Below, in pieces: positions 24,760 through 26,710 of a stretch of 26,710 nucleotides of DNA. Where the stretch lies: assembly GCA_018239705.1 (NCBI GenBank), contig JAFEGS010000001.1, positions 1 through 26,710 on the forward strand, written 5' to 3'. This stretch comes from Verrucomicrobiota bacterium (GTDB taxonomy: Bacteria > Chlamydiota > Chlamydiia > Chlamydiales > FEN-1388). The first letter of the stretch is position 1. Each line of letters starts with the position of its first letter. A model generated the notes under the pieces. The model did no database searches, was not told where the DNA came from, and saw nothing but the letters and a program-made list of their open reading frames with translations. The translations under genes were made by a program, and so were the position numbers.

Positions 24760-25536
24760 TTAAAGGCCCTCTCTTCGTATCTCTACAACTTTAGTCGGAT
24801 CTTTCCAAAAATCGGTTTCCTCTTCAAAATCTTCCCCGCTAAGCTCTTGGTATGCTTTTTTGAGGGTTTCTCTGTCCAGAAGAATGCCTTGGCGTTGGTA
24901 ACGCTTATCTGAGCGAGTGAATTTTTTGACAGGTATAAACTTTGCGTTTTCTCTTTTTAAAAAGCGCGCAAGGCGGCGATTTATGCTTGAGAGAAATGCC
25001 CAAGTCTGCAGATTGGCGCATGGAAGGCATAGAGCTTTGCCGCCTTCGGTAAATAGATAGCTTTTTACGGGAAGCTTTTTTTCGCAAGCAGTGCACTGCG
25101 AATCTATGGTGGTCTGGATGACAACCTGTTCTGGGGGATTATGTAGTTTATCTTGGATTTTTTGCTCCTTGATTTCAAAAAGTATGGGAGAAATGTAGTG
25201 TGTGCGATAGGACTGTTCGATCTGGGGGTGGCCGCTTTTGCTGAACCGCAGCTCTTGTTTACTTTTTGAAATATATCCCGTAAACTTAGGTTTAAGCCCT
25301 TTTTCTTTTGCCCAGGCGCGAAAACACTTCATATAGAAGGAAATTTTGTTTAAATTCCCGAGAATAACGCGCTCAAGGTAGGGGATTTTTCCTTTTTTCC
25401 AGTCGAGGACTTGTTCTGGCTTAAGAAGCTTCATGCCAAGAAATACGTCGATGGGGCTTACGTAGTTTTGCTGCAACAGGGCTTCTTCAGATGCTTGAAA
25501 GACACGCTGCTGTAAACGTTTTTGGTTGTCGTGCAT
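24760..25536 (-). CDS. Hypothetical zinc-binding protein resembling the N-terminal part of DUF2293-containing proteins
   Basis: YVSPIDVFLGM, LRFSKSGHPQIEQSYRTHYISP, CTAC...CLPC and KRYQRQGILL match my recollection of that family. ATG 25536 preferred over the track start at 25638. Confidence 0.7.
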   Translation of the reverse strand: MHDNQKRLQQRVFQASEEALLQQNYVSPIDVFLGMKLLKPEQVLDWKKGKIPYLERVILGNLNKISFYMKCFRAWAKEKGLKPKFTGYISKSKQELRFSKSGHPQIEQSYRTHYISPILFEIKEQKIQDKLHNPPEQVVIQTTIDSQCTACEKKLPVKSYLFTEGGKALCLPCANLQTWAFLSSINRRLARFLKRENAKFIPVKKFTRSDKRYQRQGILLDRETLKKAYQELSGEDFEEETDFWKDPTKVVEIRREGL

Positions 25537-25651
25537 TTTACTTTCTTCACTAGGGTTAGCAGGGTATTTTACGTTAAACCGTTTGTTGCCGCAAGCTCTG
25601 TTTTCGCCAATGGGGGGATTTACGCAAATTTTACGCACTAGACTGGAATCC

Positions 25652-25710
25652 GTTGCACCAAATATGCTAAATCGGACTTATTGTGGTATAAATGGCATAA
25701 TTGGTGCAGC
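25652..25710. promoter_or_regulatory. 16-bp inverted repeat bracketing a candidate promoter in a divergent intergenic region
   Basis: GTTGCACCAAATATGC (25652-25667) / GCATAATTGGTGCAGC (25695-25710), 14/16 match; the 27-nt spacer contains TG-G-TATAAA. Confidence 0.45.
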
Positions 25711-25814
25711 GTGTCGCGGGAGAGTGTCAAATTATTCAAGGAGAGATCGGAGATAAAATGAAAGACTATACCATACCCATTACAGTACAGGTAGCGCTTG
25801 GAGATTGGGTAAAT

Positions 25815-25869
25815 AAAAGGGGCCGGGGTCTGCGATGTGCGATTCCCATTGCAGACCCTGCCCCCTTTT
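25815..25869. repeat. Long palindromic hairpin (bidirectional terminator-like or REP-like)
   Basis: AAAAGGGG-CC-GGGGTCTGCGAT, 11-nt loop, ATTGCAGACCCT-GC-CCCCTTTT. Confidence 0.6.
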
Positions 25870-26065
25870 ATACTGGTCCCTTTTATTGTTTTTGATATTT
25901 TACATCAATTCAAAAGTTAAATAGATATTTTTGCTTTTGTAATACACAACTTGAGTTAAAATAATTAATTTGATAACATCTAGCATAGATGGATCAAATA
26001 GTATTCTTTATAATCTGACTATGTAATCACCGAGATCTAACATAGCAAAAGAAAATTGAGGGCGC

Positions 26066-26710
26066 ATGTCAATAGATTTTACTTTTACACGTGCGGAAGG
26101 GTCGTACCATGCCTCTTTTGAAGAGACCCATACCCCCACAGAAAAAGAGATCTCTGTTGGGGGAAGAAACTATAAAATTTTGGGGAGTGAAAAGGATATT
26201 GAGTTTCTGCGGTCTCAATTAGCTAACGTAAATGACTTTGAAAGCATGGAACATCTCGAGGCTACGTTGAGTCATGCTGGTCCATATATGAAAACGGAGT
26301 CTATTTTCCAAAAAACTGTGGCCAGGACGATGCCTTCAGGCACTATTATTCAGACTGAGAAAGGTAGTGCGATGCATACACTGCTTCAGGCGTGGGTAAA
26401 AGATCATGATTTCGCTGGTGTTGTCATGGCGATTGATGAGGAAACAGTAATTTTAAAGCAAGGATATGGAAAAGCTAGAGAGGGGGATACTCAGCCCATC
26501 TCTCCAAACACACGATTGCCCATAGGTTCTTTAACTAAACCAATAACCTGTGAAGCAATTTCCCAATTAGTTCAAGAAAAGAAGTTTAGTGGGCAGACCA
26601 ATCCTGCAGAAATCAAGGCACTTCAGTTTCTTCCAGACAATTTCCGAAAGCACATGGACCAAGGGGTACTCCAGCTCTTAAAAGACGTTACTTTACTCGA
26701 TTTAATGAAC
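26066..26710 (+). CDS. Serine hydrolase (beta-lactamase family) with an about 100-aa N-terminal extension, 5' part only (runs off window end)
   Basis: Manual translation, open for 215 codons: MSIDFTFTRAEGSYH...FAGVVMAIDEETVILKQGYG...PNTRLPIGSLTK (SxxK)...VTLLDLMN. GAGG SD and an in-frame stop lie just upstream. Not in the ORF track. Confidence 0.85.
   Translation, partial: MSIDFTFTRAEGSYHASFEETHTPTEKEISVGGRNYKILGSEKDIEFLRSQLANVNDFESMEHLEATLSHAGPYMKTESIFQKTVARTMPSGTIIQTEKGSAMHTLLQAWVKDHDFAGVVMAIDEETVILKQGYGKAREGDTQPISPNTRLPIGSLTKPITCEAISQLVQEKKFSGQTNPAEIKALQFLPDNFRKHMDQGVLQLLKDVTLLDLMN

Overview
This is a bacterial chromosomal window. By inference it comes from an environmental member of the Chlamydiota. 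The basis is recalled synteny with Chlamydia (PP2C phosphatase next to a NifS-like desulfurase; ubiA-ubiX, YitT, TtcA and tRNA-Val/Asp and tRNA-Thr/Tyr pairs in one neighbourhood) plus several lineage-specific ORFs with low-complexity N-termini; no search was run. Core genes: partial CPBP protease, PP2C, nifS, dps, LOG, ubiA, ubiX, YitT, a MoxR-type ATPase with a partner gene, ttcA, a SEC-C protein and four tRNAs. Accessory material is interleaved. (i) Two tandem, translationally coupled, large helical paralogs. (ii) A variable slot at 9.4-12.9 kb that appears to hold two alleles of one locus fused in tandem through an 8-bp microhomology, one carrying an AAA_14/DUF4143 ATPase and the other a DUF4258/YgiT-type toxin-antitoxin pair. 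(iii) A second ATPase-wHTH-nuclease gene preceded by a regular array of 15-17-15 inverted repeats, whose duplicate truncates a cupin gene. Both accessory ATPases have a repeat array directly upstream with 32-bp spacing. There is also an unexplained structured RNA-like element after tRNA-Tyr and several operator-like palindromes. I saw no integrase, transposase, CRISPR array or rRNA. Identities quoted were counted by hand; family names come from motif recognition.
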